Source: Actinomycetota bacterium (lineage in GTDB: Bacteria; Actinomycetota; Thermoleophilia; RBG-16-64-13). Taken from it: DNA of 64,000 nt. Positions within the stretch are counted from its first letter, which is position 1; every line of letters begins with the position of its first letter. The stretch covers positions 10,919-74,918 of the forward strand of contig JAHJSA010000067.1 of assembly GCA_018830645.1 (NCBI GenBank), in the 5' to 3' direction. Positions 40,205-48,454 of the stretch are shown here, in pieces. The notes under the pieces were generated by a model that saw only the letters and a list, made by a program, of their open reading frames with translations, made no database searches and was not told the DNA's origin. Both the position numbers and the translations under genes were made by a program.

Positions 40205-40941
40205 TGCCCGAAGCCACGTTCCGCATCAAGCGTCACAACCCCGAGAAGCTCGACGACCAGAACGGCACCGGCGGCGATCGGTACGACGAGTTCACCGTGC
40301 CCTACGAGTCGAGCCTCACCGTGCTCGAGGGACTCTTCTACATCCAGGAGGCCCTCGACGGCTCCCTCTCCTTCCGGTACTGCTGCCGGGCGGCTGTGTG
40401 CGGGTCGTGCGCCATGTATATCAACGGCACGTACCGCCTCGCCTGCCAGACCAACGTGCGCCACTTGGGCGACGGGCCGATCACGGTGGAGCCCATGCCC
40501 CACATGCCGGTGGTGAAAGACCTGGTGTGCGACATGACCGACTTCTTCGCCAAGTACGAGACCGTGATGCCGCACATCATCAGGAACTCCGCGCCGCCGG
40601 AGAAGGAGATCATGCAGTCGCCGAACGACCGGAAGAAGCTCGACATGCCCGTGGACTGCATCCTGTGCGGCAGCTGCTACAGCTCGTGTCCCTCGGTGTG
40701 GGGCGAAGGCAACTACCTCGGCCCGGCCGCCCTGCTCAAGGCATATCGTTTCGAGGTGGATTCACGCGACGAGGCCCGCAAGGAACGTCTGCCGCGCTTC
40801 GACAACGAGCGTGGCTCGTACCGGTGCCACACCATCACGAACTGCGTGGAAGCCTGCCCCAAGGAACTGAACCCCACCGAGGCCATCCAGTGGCTCAAGG
40901 GCGCCGCGGTTAGGCGGCGGTTGCTGGGGCGCGCGAAGTAG
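40204..40941 (+). CDS. sdhB: Succinate dehydrogenase iron-sulfur subunit
   Basis: CRAAVCGSC, CILCGSCYSSCP, CHTITNCVEACP. Confidence 0.95.
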   Translation: MPEATFRIKRHNPEKLDDQNGTGGDRYDEFTVPYESSLTVLEGLFYIQEALDGSLSFRYCCRAAVCGSCAMYINGTYRLACQTNVRHLGDGPITVEPMPHMPVVKDLVCDMTDFFAKYETVMPHIIRNSAPPEKEIMQSPNDRKKLDMPVDCILCGSCYSSCPSVWGEGNYLGPAALLKAYRFEVDSRDEARKERLPRFDNERGSYRCHTITNCVEACPKELNPTEAIQWLKGAAVRRRLLGRAK

Positions 40942-41023
40942 GGGGCGGGGCGCCCGCGAATGTAGGGGCGCGCGATCGGCCCGGGCAGCCTCGGTTCAAC
41001 CGAGCGGCGCCCCAGGGTGCGAC

Positions 41024-41734
41024 CTACGGCCGGATCAGCTTCCGGGCGGCGGCGAACATGATGTTGTTCTCGAGGTGCACGTGCCTATGGATGTCGGCCT
41101 CGAGCGCCTGCAGTTCTCGGAAGAGCACCGAGTAGGTGGCGCACGCTCCGGCCGGCGGGTGGTAGTTCGACGTGATGCCCCGCATGGCTTTCAGCAGGCG
41201 GCCCACCTCGTCGTGCTCCGTCTCCAGCATTTGCAGGGAATCTTCGAGTGCCGCGCCTTTGGTGCCCGACGCGCCCGTTTCGACGATCTCGCGCAGGGCC
41301 GGGAATACGACGGTCTCCTCGGTCTCGAGGTGGGCGTCGATCTCCTTGCGAAGGTGTTCCAGCAGGCGTCCGAGCTCGAAGAGTTCGGGGTGTAGCTCGC
41401 CGTGCACGCGCAGGACCGTGGCCATCTTCTCACCCACGTAGGGGAGTTTCTCGCGTAGATAGATGTGGTGCGCGCGTTCGACGTGGTCGGCGAGCGACGC
41501 GGGGTCGCGCTCCGACCAGTCTTCGTGCAGGCGCTGCTCGGACGCAAGAGCGGCAACGGCCGCCTCGATCTCGGCTAGTAGGTCGCCCACGGAGACGCCG
41601 GTTCCTCTCAACGCCTCGGAGAGGGGCTTGTCTCCTCCGCAACAGAAATCGACCCCGAAGCGCTCGAACACATCGATCGAGGCGGGGATCGTTGTAGCGA
41701 TGTGGCCTACGCTGGTTTCCTGTGTGATCTCCAT
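41024..41734 (-). CDS. Iron-sulfur cluster repair di-iron (hemerythrin-like) protein, RIC/YtfE/ScdA family
   Basis: VFERFGVDFCCGGDKPL at the N-terminus, followed by His/Glu-rich hemerythrin repeats. Confidence 0.8.
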   Translation of the reverse strand: MEITQETSVGHIATTIPASIDVFERFGVDFCCGGDKPLSEALRGTGVSVGDLLAEIEAAVAALASEQRLHEDWSERDPASLADHVERAHHIYLREKLPYVGEKMATVLRVHGELHPELFELGRLLEHLRKEIDAHLETEETVVFPALREIVETGASGTKGAALEDSLQMLETEHDEVGRLLKAMRGITSNYHPPAGACATYSVLFRELQALEADIHRHVHLENNIMFAAARKLIRP

Positions 41735-41754
41735 CCCTGACTCCTCATAGCCGC

Positions 41755-41793
41755 GTCGGTGGTGCTCGTCGGTGGTGCTCGTCGGTGGTGCTG
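41755..41793. repeat. 3 x 13-bp tandem repeat just upstream of the RIC start
   Basis: gtcggtggtgctc x2 followed by gtcggtggtgctg. Confidence 0.8.
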
Positions 41794-41959
41794 CTCGCTC
41801 ACCTGGACAGGCGGCTTTGTGGTCTCTTGACGGTCCAATGATACCCGAAATCATGAGAACTCACCAACGCTATGGAGGTTTTGTGGTGGCCAACGCAGCA
41901 AACCACCGGTTGGCCCCCGGGCGGTGCCACCCCAGCCGCCGGGGTCGGGCACGTCACTC

Positions 41960-41989
41960 TTGACTGGACGGCCAATTAGCACAGATAAT
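41960..41989 (+). promoter_or_regulatory. Sigma-70-like promoter of the thiolase operon
   Basis: TTGACT-18 nt-GATAAT. It shares the 13-mer tcttgactggacg with 46759-46771. Confidence 0.5.
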
Positions 41990-42109
41990 CACGGAGGCGC
42001 CCCGGCCGTCGAGAGTCGTCTCGATGCTCCGTCGCCCGCGCCCCGATTCACCGCGTGCTCCTTAGACACGGTCCAGTATCGAAGTCACGCCCATAGGAAG
42101 GTGGAGTTC

Positions 42110-43297
42110 ATGTTCACGAAGGCGTTCATCCCGTACGGTGGGTACTACAGCACTCCGTTCGCGCGCTGGCAGGGGAGTCTGTCGACAGTGCATTCCCTGC
42201 CGCTCGGCGGGGCCACGGTCGCCAGGTGGCTTGCCGGCAAGGGCTGGGATCCCGGCTCGATCGACTACGTCAACTTCGGCTGCTCGGTGGCGCAACCCCA
42301 TGTCTTTTTCGGGGGACCACTGGCCGCGACCGTCCTGGGCGCCGAGAACGTTCCCGGCGTGTGGATCAGCCAAGCGTGCAGCACCTCGACCACCTGCGTG
42401 TATCAGGCCGCTATGGCCGTGGAGGTGGGCTCGGCCGGTATGGTGTTCAATCTGATGGCAGACCGTACGTCTAACGGTCCCCATAGCACCTGGCCCAACC
42501 CCAACGGACCGGGCGGCCAGGTGGACGTCGAAGACTGGATCATGGACAACTTCGAAGGGCACCCCTGGGCGCCGATGGCCATGGTGGCCACCGCGGAGAC
42601 CGTTGCCAAAGAAGCCGGCCTTACCCGCGAGGAGTGCGACGCCGTCGCCCTCCGTCGCTACGAGCAGTACATGGACGGCATGGCCGACGACCGCGCCTTC
42701 CAGAAGCGCTACATGTTCCCCATCGAGCACCAGGTGAGCCGGAAGAAGACCATCACACTCGACGCCGACGAGGGCATCTTCCCCACCACGGCCGAGGGGC
42801 TCGCCGGCTTGAAGCCCGTCATGCCCGACGGGGTGCTCACCTACGGTTCGCAGACCCACCCGGCCGACGGGAACGCCTCGATCATAGTCACAACGGAGGA
42901 CCGGGCTCGCGAGATGGGCGGCGACGGCCCCACCATCCAGGTGCTCTCCTTCGGCTACGCCCGGGCGAAGAAGTACTTCATGCCCGCAGCCCCGGTGCCG
43001 GCGGCGCGTATGGCCCTGGAACAGGCCGGCCTCTCGCTCGGCGATGTCAAGGCGATCAAGACCCACAACCCCTTCGCCGTCAACGACGTCTACATGGCCA
43101 AGGAGATGGGCATCGACCCGATGAGCTTCAACAACTACGGGAGCCCGTTGGTCTACGGACACCCGCAGGGTCCCACCGCCGGGCGCTGCATCATCGAACT
43201 GATCGAGGAGCTGGTGCTGCTGGGCGGCGGCCTCGGCCTGTTCGCCGGGTGCGCCGCCGGAGACACCGGTGCCTCCCTCGTCATCAAAGTCGGATAG
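42110..43297 (+). CDS. Thiolase-family acetyl-CoA acyltransferase
   Basis: 395 aa from an internal ATG. Thiolase-like fold with a C-terminal GCAAGDTGASLVI. Confidence 0.75.
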   Translation: MFTKAFIPYGGYYSTPFARWQGSLSTVHSLPLGGATVARWLAGKGWDPGSIDYVNFGCSVAQPHVFFGGPLAATVLGAENVPGVWISQACSTSTTCVYQAAMAVEVGSAGMVFNLMADRTSNGPHSTWPNPNGPGGQVDVEDWIMDNFEGHPWAPMAMVATAETVAKEAGLTREECDAVALRRYEQYMDGMADDRAFQKRYMFPIEHQVSRKKTITLDADEGIFPTTAEGLAGLKPVMPDGVLTYGSQTHPADGNASIIVTTEDRAREMGGDGPTIQVLSFGYARAKKYFMPAAPVPAARMALEQAGLSLGDVKAIKTHNPFAVNDVYMAKEMGIDPMSFNNYGSPLVYGHPQGPTAGRCIIELIEELVLLGGGLGLFAGCAAGDTGASLVIKVG

Positions 43298-43312
43298 GGG
43301 AGAGCGCACCAG

Positions 43313-45355
43313 ATGAGCCAGAACGAACTGTATCCCGGGTTCCGCAATCCGCTGCTCGGCTCGCCGCGCACCGACCTTCCCAAGCACGTGGCTATCATCG
43401 GTGCCGGCACGATCGGCCCCGACATCGGCTACTACTTCAAGACGGCTGTGCCGGGCCTGAAACTCACGCTGATCGATATCCGCGAGGAGGCGCTCGCCGG
43501 CGTCGTACCCCGCTTTCAGAGCTACATCGACAAGGGCATCAAGCGTGGCAAGATGAACGCGGAGAAGGCCGCCAAGGTGCTCGAAGGCGTCGTGACCAGC
43601 AGTGACTACGACGCCCTGGCCGATGCCGACCTGGTGATCGAGGCGGCGACGGAGAGCATCCCGCTCAAGAAGAAGATCTTCGCCATGGTGGAAGAGCGCG
43701 TGGCGTCTGACGCCATCATCTGCTCGAACACGAGCTCCATCCCCGCCTCCTGGCTCTTCGACGAGATGAAGCTGCCGGGCCGTACGGCCATCACCCACTT
43801 CTTCGCACCCGCCTGGCGCAACCCCGCCGTCGAAGTGATCACCTGGAAGGGCGGCGACCGCGAAGTGGTCGACTACCTCCGTTGGATGTTCGCCGCCACC
43901 GGCAAGGTGCCGCTCGTGACCGACGACGCCATCGCGTTCATGCTCGACCGCATCTTCGACAACTGGACCTGCGACGCCGCCAACCTGCTCATGCGCGGCG
44001 ACGTGACCGCGAAACAGGTGGACTCGGTGGCCGAGGAGTTCGTGCACGCCGGCCCCTTCTTCGTGCTCAACATGGCCAACGGCAACCCCATCAGCTACGA
44101 GTGCAACACCCGGCAGATGGTAGAGAGCCCGGCCTACAAACCCACGGAACTCCTGCTGAGCGTCGACCGCTGGGAGGTCAACCGACCCGGCACTCCGGTC
44201 GAGGTGTCCGACGAGCTTCGCGGAGCCGTGCGCGACCGCCTGCTGGGCATCCTCTGCAGCCAGTGCCTGGACATCGTGGCCCGCGGCATCGGTACGCCCG
44301 AGGACCTGCACCTGGGCTCGCTCCTCGCCCTCGGTTTCAAGGAGAGTCCACTCGACTTCATGACGAAGGCCGGCAAGGATGAGATCGCCCGGGTGCTCGG
44401 TCGTCTGGCCGAGGAACGCCCCGGGCTGCCCGGCCCCGAGTTGCTCGACCAGTACGAGGCGGCCACCGTCTTCAATCGTTTCGTCCTGGTGGATCGTCTG
44501 GACGACGTTGTGGTGATCACCATCCGCCGCCCGGCGCAGATGAATGCTCTCAGCGACGACGTCAACAACGAGATCCTCACCGTGCTGCGCACCTTCGAGG
44601 CCGACGACTCGGTCACGGGGTTCGTCATCGTGGGCTACGGCACGCGCGCCTTCTGTGCCGGGGCCGAGATCGGTCGCTTCGCCGAGATGCTGGGCGACGG
44701 GCCTGCGGCCGTGGACTACTCGCGCGACTCAGGCAGTCTCCTACTCCACATCGACACCATGACCAAGCCGGTTGTCGCGGCCGTGAACGGCTTGGCGCTC
44801 GGTGGCGGCATGGAACTCGCGACCCGCTGCCACGACATCGTGGCCCATCCGAAGGCCTACTTCCAGATGCCCGAGATCACGCTCGGCATCCTACCCGGCA
44901 TCGGTGGCCTGGTGGTGCCCTACCGCAAGTGGCCCGCCAGAGCCAAGACCTTCACCGACATGATCACCCGGGCCGAACGCGTCTCGGCTACCCAGGCGTT
45001 GGAGATCGGCATGGTCTCCGGCCTTGAGGCCGACTACGAGGCGCTTGTGCGGCTCGCCGCCGAGCGCGTCCGTGCCCTCGCGGGTACCCTGCCGCTTCCT
45101 GCCGCCGACCTCAGCGTGGTGAGTGATGAGGCCATCCAGGCTGGCGAAGCCGTTTCAGCCGACGGAATGGTGCTCTCGAGTGAGGTGGTGGCGATCATCG
45201 TCGCCGCGATCAAGGACGGGCTGGCGGCTTCCGACCTGCCTGCCGCACTCGAGATCGGCTACCAGGCCTTCGGCAAGGTGGCTGAGACCAAGGCCGCGGC
45301 TGAAGGCATCGGAGCCTTCGTGGGTGGGAGGAAGCCGGACTTCACGGGGATGTAG
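43313..45355 (+). CDS. Bifunctional 3-hydroxyacyl-CoA dehydrogenase / enoyl-CoA hydratase
   Basis: N-terminal IIGAGTIGPDIG Rossmann fold. C-terminal crotonase fold (FCAGAEI, GGGMELA). Confidence 0.85.
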   Translation: MSQNELYPGFRNPLLGSPRTDLPKHVAIIGAGTIGPDIGYYFKTAVPGLKLTLIDIREEALAGVVPRFQSYIDKGIKRGKMNAEKAAKVLEGVVTSSDYDALADADLVIEAATESIPLKKKIFAMVEERVASDAIICSNTSSIPASWLFDEMKLPGRTAITHFFAPAWRNPAVEVITWKGGDREVVDYLRWMFAATGKVPLVTDDAIAFMLDRIFDNWTCDAANLLMRGDVTAKQVDSVAEEFVHAGPFFVLNMANGNPISYECNTRQMVESPAYKPTELLLSVDRWEVNRPGTPVEVSDELRGAVRDRLLGILCSQCLDIVARGIGTPEDLHLGSLLALGFKESPLDFMTKAGKDEIARVLGRLAEERPGLPGPELLDQYEAATVFNRFVLVDRLDDVVVITIRRPAQMNALSDDVNNEILTVLRTFEADDSVTGFVIVGYGTRAFCAGAEIGRFAEMLGDGPAAVDYSRDSGSLLLHIDTMTKPVVAAVNGLALGGGMELATRCHDIVAHPKAYFQMPEITLGILPGIGGLVVPYRKWPARAKTFTDMITRAERVSATQALEIGMVSGLEADYEALVRLAAERVRALAGTLPLPAADLSVVSDEAIQAGEAVSADGMVLSSEVVAIIVAAIKDGLAASDLPAALEIGYQAFGKVAETKAAAEGIGAFVGGRKPDFTGM

Positions 45356-45563
45356 GCCCACGCGGCGGTGGACGCCGTGTGCAGGTAGATCGATAACCCC
45401 CCGGTCCGCTAGCGGCGGGCCCGGGGGCTGGTCGATGGTGGGAAGAACGGCGCGTCGCGGCGAACGCCGGTCGAGACAGACTCCGAGGGGGACCTCGGTG
45501 GCCACGTCTCGTGGTGATCGAATGCCGGTATGGTGGAACCGGTTTCGGGGTACGTGCTGCTCG

Positions 45564-46700
45564 ATGTCCATCTACCTCGACAACAACGCCACCACCCCGG
45601 TGCATCCCCGGGTGGCCGAGGTCATCGAGCGGCACCTTCGGGGCGCTGGCGGCAACCCCTCGAGTGACCACCCCGCCGGCCGCGAAGCGGCGGCGGCGGT
45701 AGCCCGGGCGCGAGGACAGGTGGCCGTGCTCCTCGGCTGCGACGCCACCGAGATCGTTTTCACCGGCAGCGGCTCCGAAGGCAACAACCTGGCCCTGAAG
45801 GGCATCGCGTACGCCTACCGCGATCGCGGTAGGCATCTGGTGATCTCGGCTACGGAACACCCGGCCGTCGTAGCGCCGGCCCGCTTCCTCGAGCGCGAGG
45901 GCTGGGAACTGACGGTCGTGCCCGTGGGACCCGACGGCCGCGTGCGCCCCGGGGACGTCGCCCGGGCCCTGCGACCGGACACCGTGCTGGTGTCGATCAT
46001 GCACTCCAACAACGAGACCGGGGTCATGAACCCCGTGGTGCCGATCGCCGCTCTCTGCCGCGAGCGAGGTGTGCTCTTCCACACCGACGGGGCCCAGAGC
46101 GCCGGTAAGGTCCCCATCCACGTGCGAGACGACGGGATCGACCTGCTCACTGTGGCGGGTCACAAGATGGGGGCGCCGAAGGGTGTGGGGGCTCTGTTCG
46201 TGCGTGGCGGCGTGAAGCTCGAGCCCCTGATCCATGGCGCGGGTCATGAGGGGGGCCGGCGCGCCGGCACGGAGAACGTGCCCTACGTCGCCGGGTTGGG
46301 GGAGGCGGCGGCTCTTGCGAGGGAAGAGGGGCTGGCGGCATTCGCGACCCGAGTGCGACCGCTCCGCGATCGGCTCCACGGACTCCTCACTGCGGGCATC
46401 CCCGACCTCGAGTTGAACGGTCATCCCACGGACAGGCTGCCGAACACTTTGAACGTGAGTGTGCCGGGGGCGCTCGGTCGCGAGCTGCTGGCTGCGTGCC
46501 CCGAGGTGGAGGCGTCCACCGGGTCGGCGTGCCACGAGGGCGAGGACAGCCCTTCCGGCGTGCTCGTGGCGATGGGGCTCTTGCCGGAACGGGCCCTGGG
46601 CGCCCTTCGGCTCACCTTGGGACTCTCCACTTCGGAATGCGACGTCGAGCGGGCAGCGGCCGCGCTGCTGGAGGCGGTGGACTCTCGATTCGCTGGCTGA
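45564..46700 (+). CDS. Cysteine desulfurase (NifS/IscS class)
   Basis: IYLDNNATTP, SATEHPAV, SIMHSNNETG, GHKMGAPKG, STGSACH. Confidence 0.9.
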   Translation: MSIYLDNNATTPVHPRVAEVIERHLRGAGGNPSSDHPAGREAAAAVARARGQVAVLLGCDATEIVFTGSGSEGNNLALKGIAYAYRDRGRHLVISATEHPAVVAPARFLEREGWELTVVPVGPDGRVRPGDVARALRPDTVLVSIMHSNNETGVMNPVVPIAALCRERGVLFHTDGAQSAGKVPIHVRDDGIDLLTVAGHKMGAPKGVGALFVRGGVKLEPLIHGAGHEGGRRAGTENVPYVAGLGEAAALAREEGLAAFATRVRPLRDRLHGLLTAGIPDLELNGHPTDRLPNTLNVSVPGALGRELLAACPEVEASTGSACHEGEDSPSGVLVAMGLLPERALGALRLTLGLSTSECDVERAAAALLEAVDSRFAG

Positions 46701-46760
46701 GGCTCGCGGGTGGCCACTGCCGGCACCCGACACAATCGCGGTATCAGCCGACCCCCGTTC

Positions 46761-46790
46761 TTGACTGGACGTCGGCCAGCGCCATATACT
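46761..46790 (+). promoter_or_regulatory. Sigma-70-like promoter of the molybdo-hydroxylase operon
   Basis: TTGACT-18 nt-TATACT, with the same extended -35 13-mer as at 41958-41970. Confidence 0.5.
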
Positions 46791-46946
46791 GGGATAGTAC
46801 GTTCAGCAGGCCCCAAGTTCGCGCTACAGAACAACCACTTGGAGAGAAGGACACCTCTCGCAGACAACCACTCACGCCTCGACCACGACCGACCGCCTGC
46901 ACCTGCGGGCGCACCACGACGGCACGCCCGCACAGGAGGCGGACAG

Positions 46947-47918
46947 ATGCGACTACCTCGGTTCGAGTACTACCAGCCCGGCTCCCTCGCCGAAGCGGTA
47001 ACCATGCTGTCTCAGGTGCCGGGAGCCCGCCCGGTGGCGGGGGGCACAGACCTTCTGGTGAACATGAAGCACCGGGTCGAGCAGCCGGCTGCACTTGTGA
47101 GCCTCACGCGTGTGTCGGAGTTGGCGGGTGTGCGCTTGGAGGACGGGGCGACCGTCATCGGCGGCGGCGTCACGCTCAAGCACGTGCAGCACGACGAGGG
47201 GTTGAAGGCTAGGTTCCCCGCTCTCACCCAGGCCGCGTCGGTGGTGGGCTCCTATCGTCATCAGACCATGGGGACCCTCGCGGGCAACCTCCTGCAGAAC
47301 ACACGCTGTCGCTTCTTCAACCAGTCTGTGGAATGGCGTTCGGTGCGCGCTCTCTGCTACAAGGCGGGCGGCGACTACTGCCACGTGATGAAGAAGGAAG
47401 GCGTCTGCTTCTGCACCTACCACGGTGACACCGCCGCGGCCCTGCTCGTGCTCGACGCCGAGGTGCGCGTGGAGGGGCCGGACGGTGTCCGGCAGTTCCC
47501 TCTGGCCCAGCTGTACTCGGGCGAGGGCAAGGCTCCCCTCTCATTGGGGTCGGCCGAGGTGCTGACCGCGGTGATCATCCCCGATAGTTCCGCCACCGAC
47601 GGGGATACCGCCGGCGGCTCGACGTACGTGAAGCACGCCCTACGGGGAGCTATCGACTTCCCCATCGTGGGCGCTGCGGTATGGCGGAACGGGGACGCGA
47701 CGCGAGTCGCCTTCACCGGGGTGGACCGGTCGCCCCTGCGGGCCACCGTGCTCGAAGAGGCGCTCGCCGGCCGAGCCCTGACGCCCGCGGTGATCGAAGA
47801 GGTCGCGCCGCTGGCGCCGAAGGGCGTCACTATCACGCGCACCACCGTGCAACCGGGCAGCTTCAAGCGGGAGCTCATGTCGGCCTTGTTCGCCCGCGCC
47901 GCGGGGAGCCTGCTCTGA
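46947..47918 (+). CDS. Xanthine dehydrogenase/CO dehydrogenase-family FAD-binding (medium) subunit
   Basis: FEYYQPGSLAEAV...AGGTDLLVNMK. Confidence 0.85.
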   Translation: MRLPRFEYYQPGSLAEAVTMLSQVPGARPVAGGTDLLVNMKHRVEQPAALVSLTRVSELAGVRLEDGATVIGGGVTLKHVQHDEGLKARFPALTQAASVVGSYRHQTMGTLAGNLLQNTRCRFFNQSVEWRSVRALCYKAGGDYCHVMKKEGVCFCTYHGDTAAALLVLDAEVRVEGPDGVRQFPLAQLYSGEGKAPLSLGSAEVLTAVIIPDSSATDGDTAGGSTYVKHALRGAIDFPIVGAAVWRNGDATRVAFTGVDRSPLRATVLEEALAGRALTPAVIEEVAPLAPKGVTITRTTVQPGSFKRELMSALFARAAGSLL

Positions 47919-47968
47919 TGTGCGCGCACGCAACCGCCCAAGCGACGGGAACCGAGAAAGGACGGGCG

Positions 47969-48454
47969 ATGGGAGCCAAGCGGATCCTCACGCTGAACGT
48001 CAACGGCGACGACTACGAGGTGGTCTGCGCGCCGAACACCACCCTGCTCGAAGCGCTTCGCGAGAAGGCGTTCCTCACCGGCACCAAGCGGGGCTGCGAC
48101 CTCGGTGCCTGCGGCGCCTGCACCGTGCTCATGGATGGCGAGGCCATCCTCTCGTGCATCACGCTTGCGGTGGAAGCGGAGGGGCGCTCCATCCGCACCA
48201 TCGAGGGTGTCTCCGACGGCGGTGAGCTGTCGCCGCTACAGCAGGCCTTCGTCGACCACGGGGCCCTGCAGTGTGGGTTCTGCTCGCCGGGCTTCATCAT
48301 GAGCGCCACCGAACTCCTGGCGGAGAACCCCCACCCCGAGCGGGCCGAGATCCAGCGCCGACTCGCCGGCAACCTCTGCCGGTGCACGGGCTACGTGAAG
48401 ATCGTGGAGGCTGTCGAAGCGGTCGCTCAGGGCGCGGAAGGCGGTGCGCGATGA
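47969..48454 (+). CDS. (2Fe-2S)-binding small subunit
   Basis: CDLGACGACTV and CGFCSPGFIMS...CRCTGY. Confidence 0.9.
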   Translation: MGAKRILTLNVNGDDYEVVCAPNTTLLEALREKAFLTGTKRGCDLGACGACTVLMDGEAILSCITLAVEAEGRSIRTIEGVSDGGELSPLQQAFVDHGALQCGFCSPGFIMSATELLAENPHPERAEIQRRLAGNLCRCTGYVKIVEAVEAVAQGAEGGAR

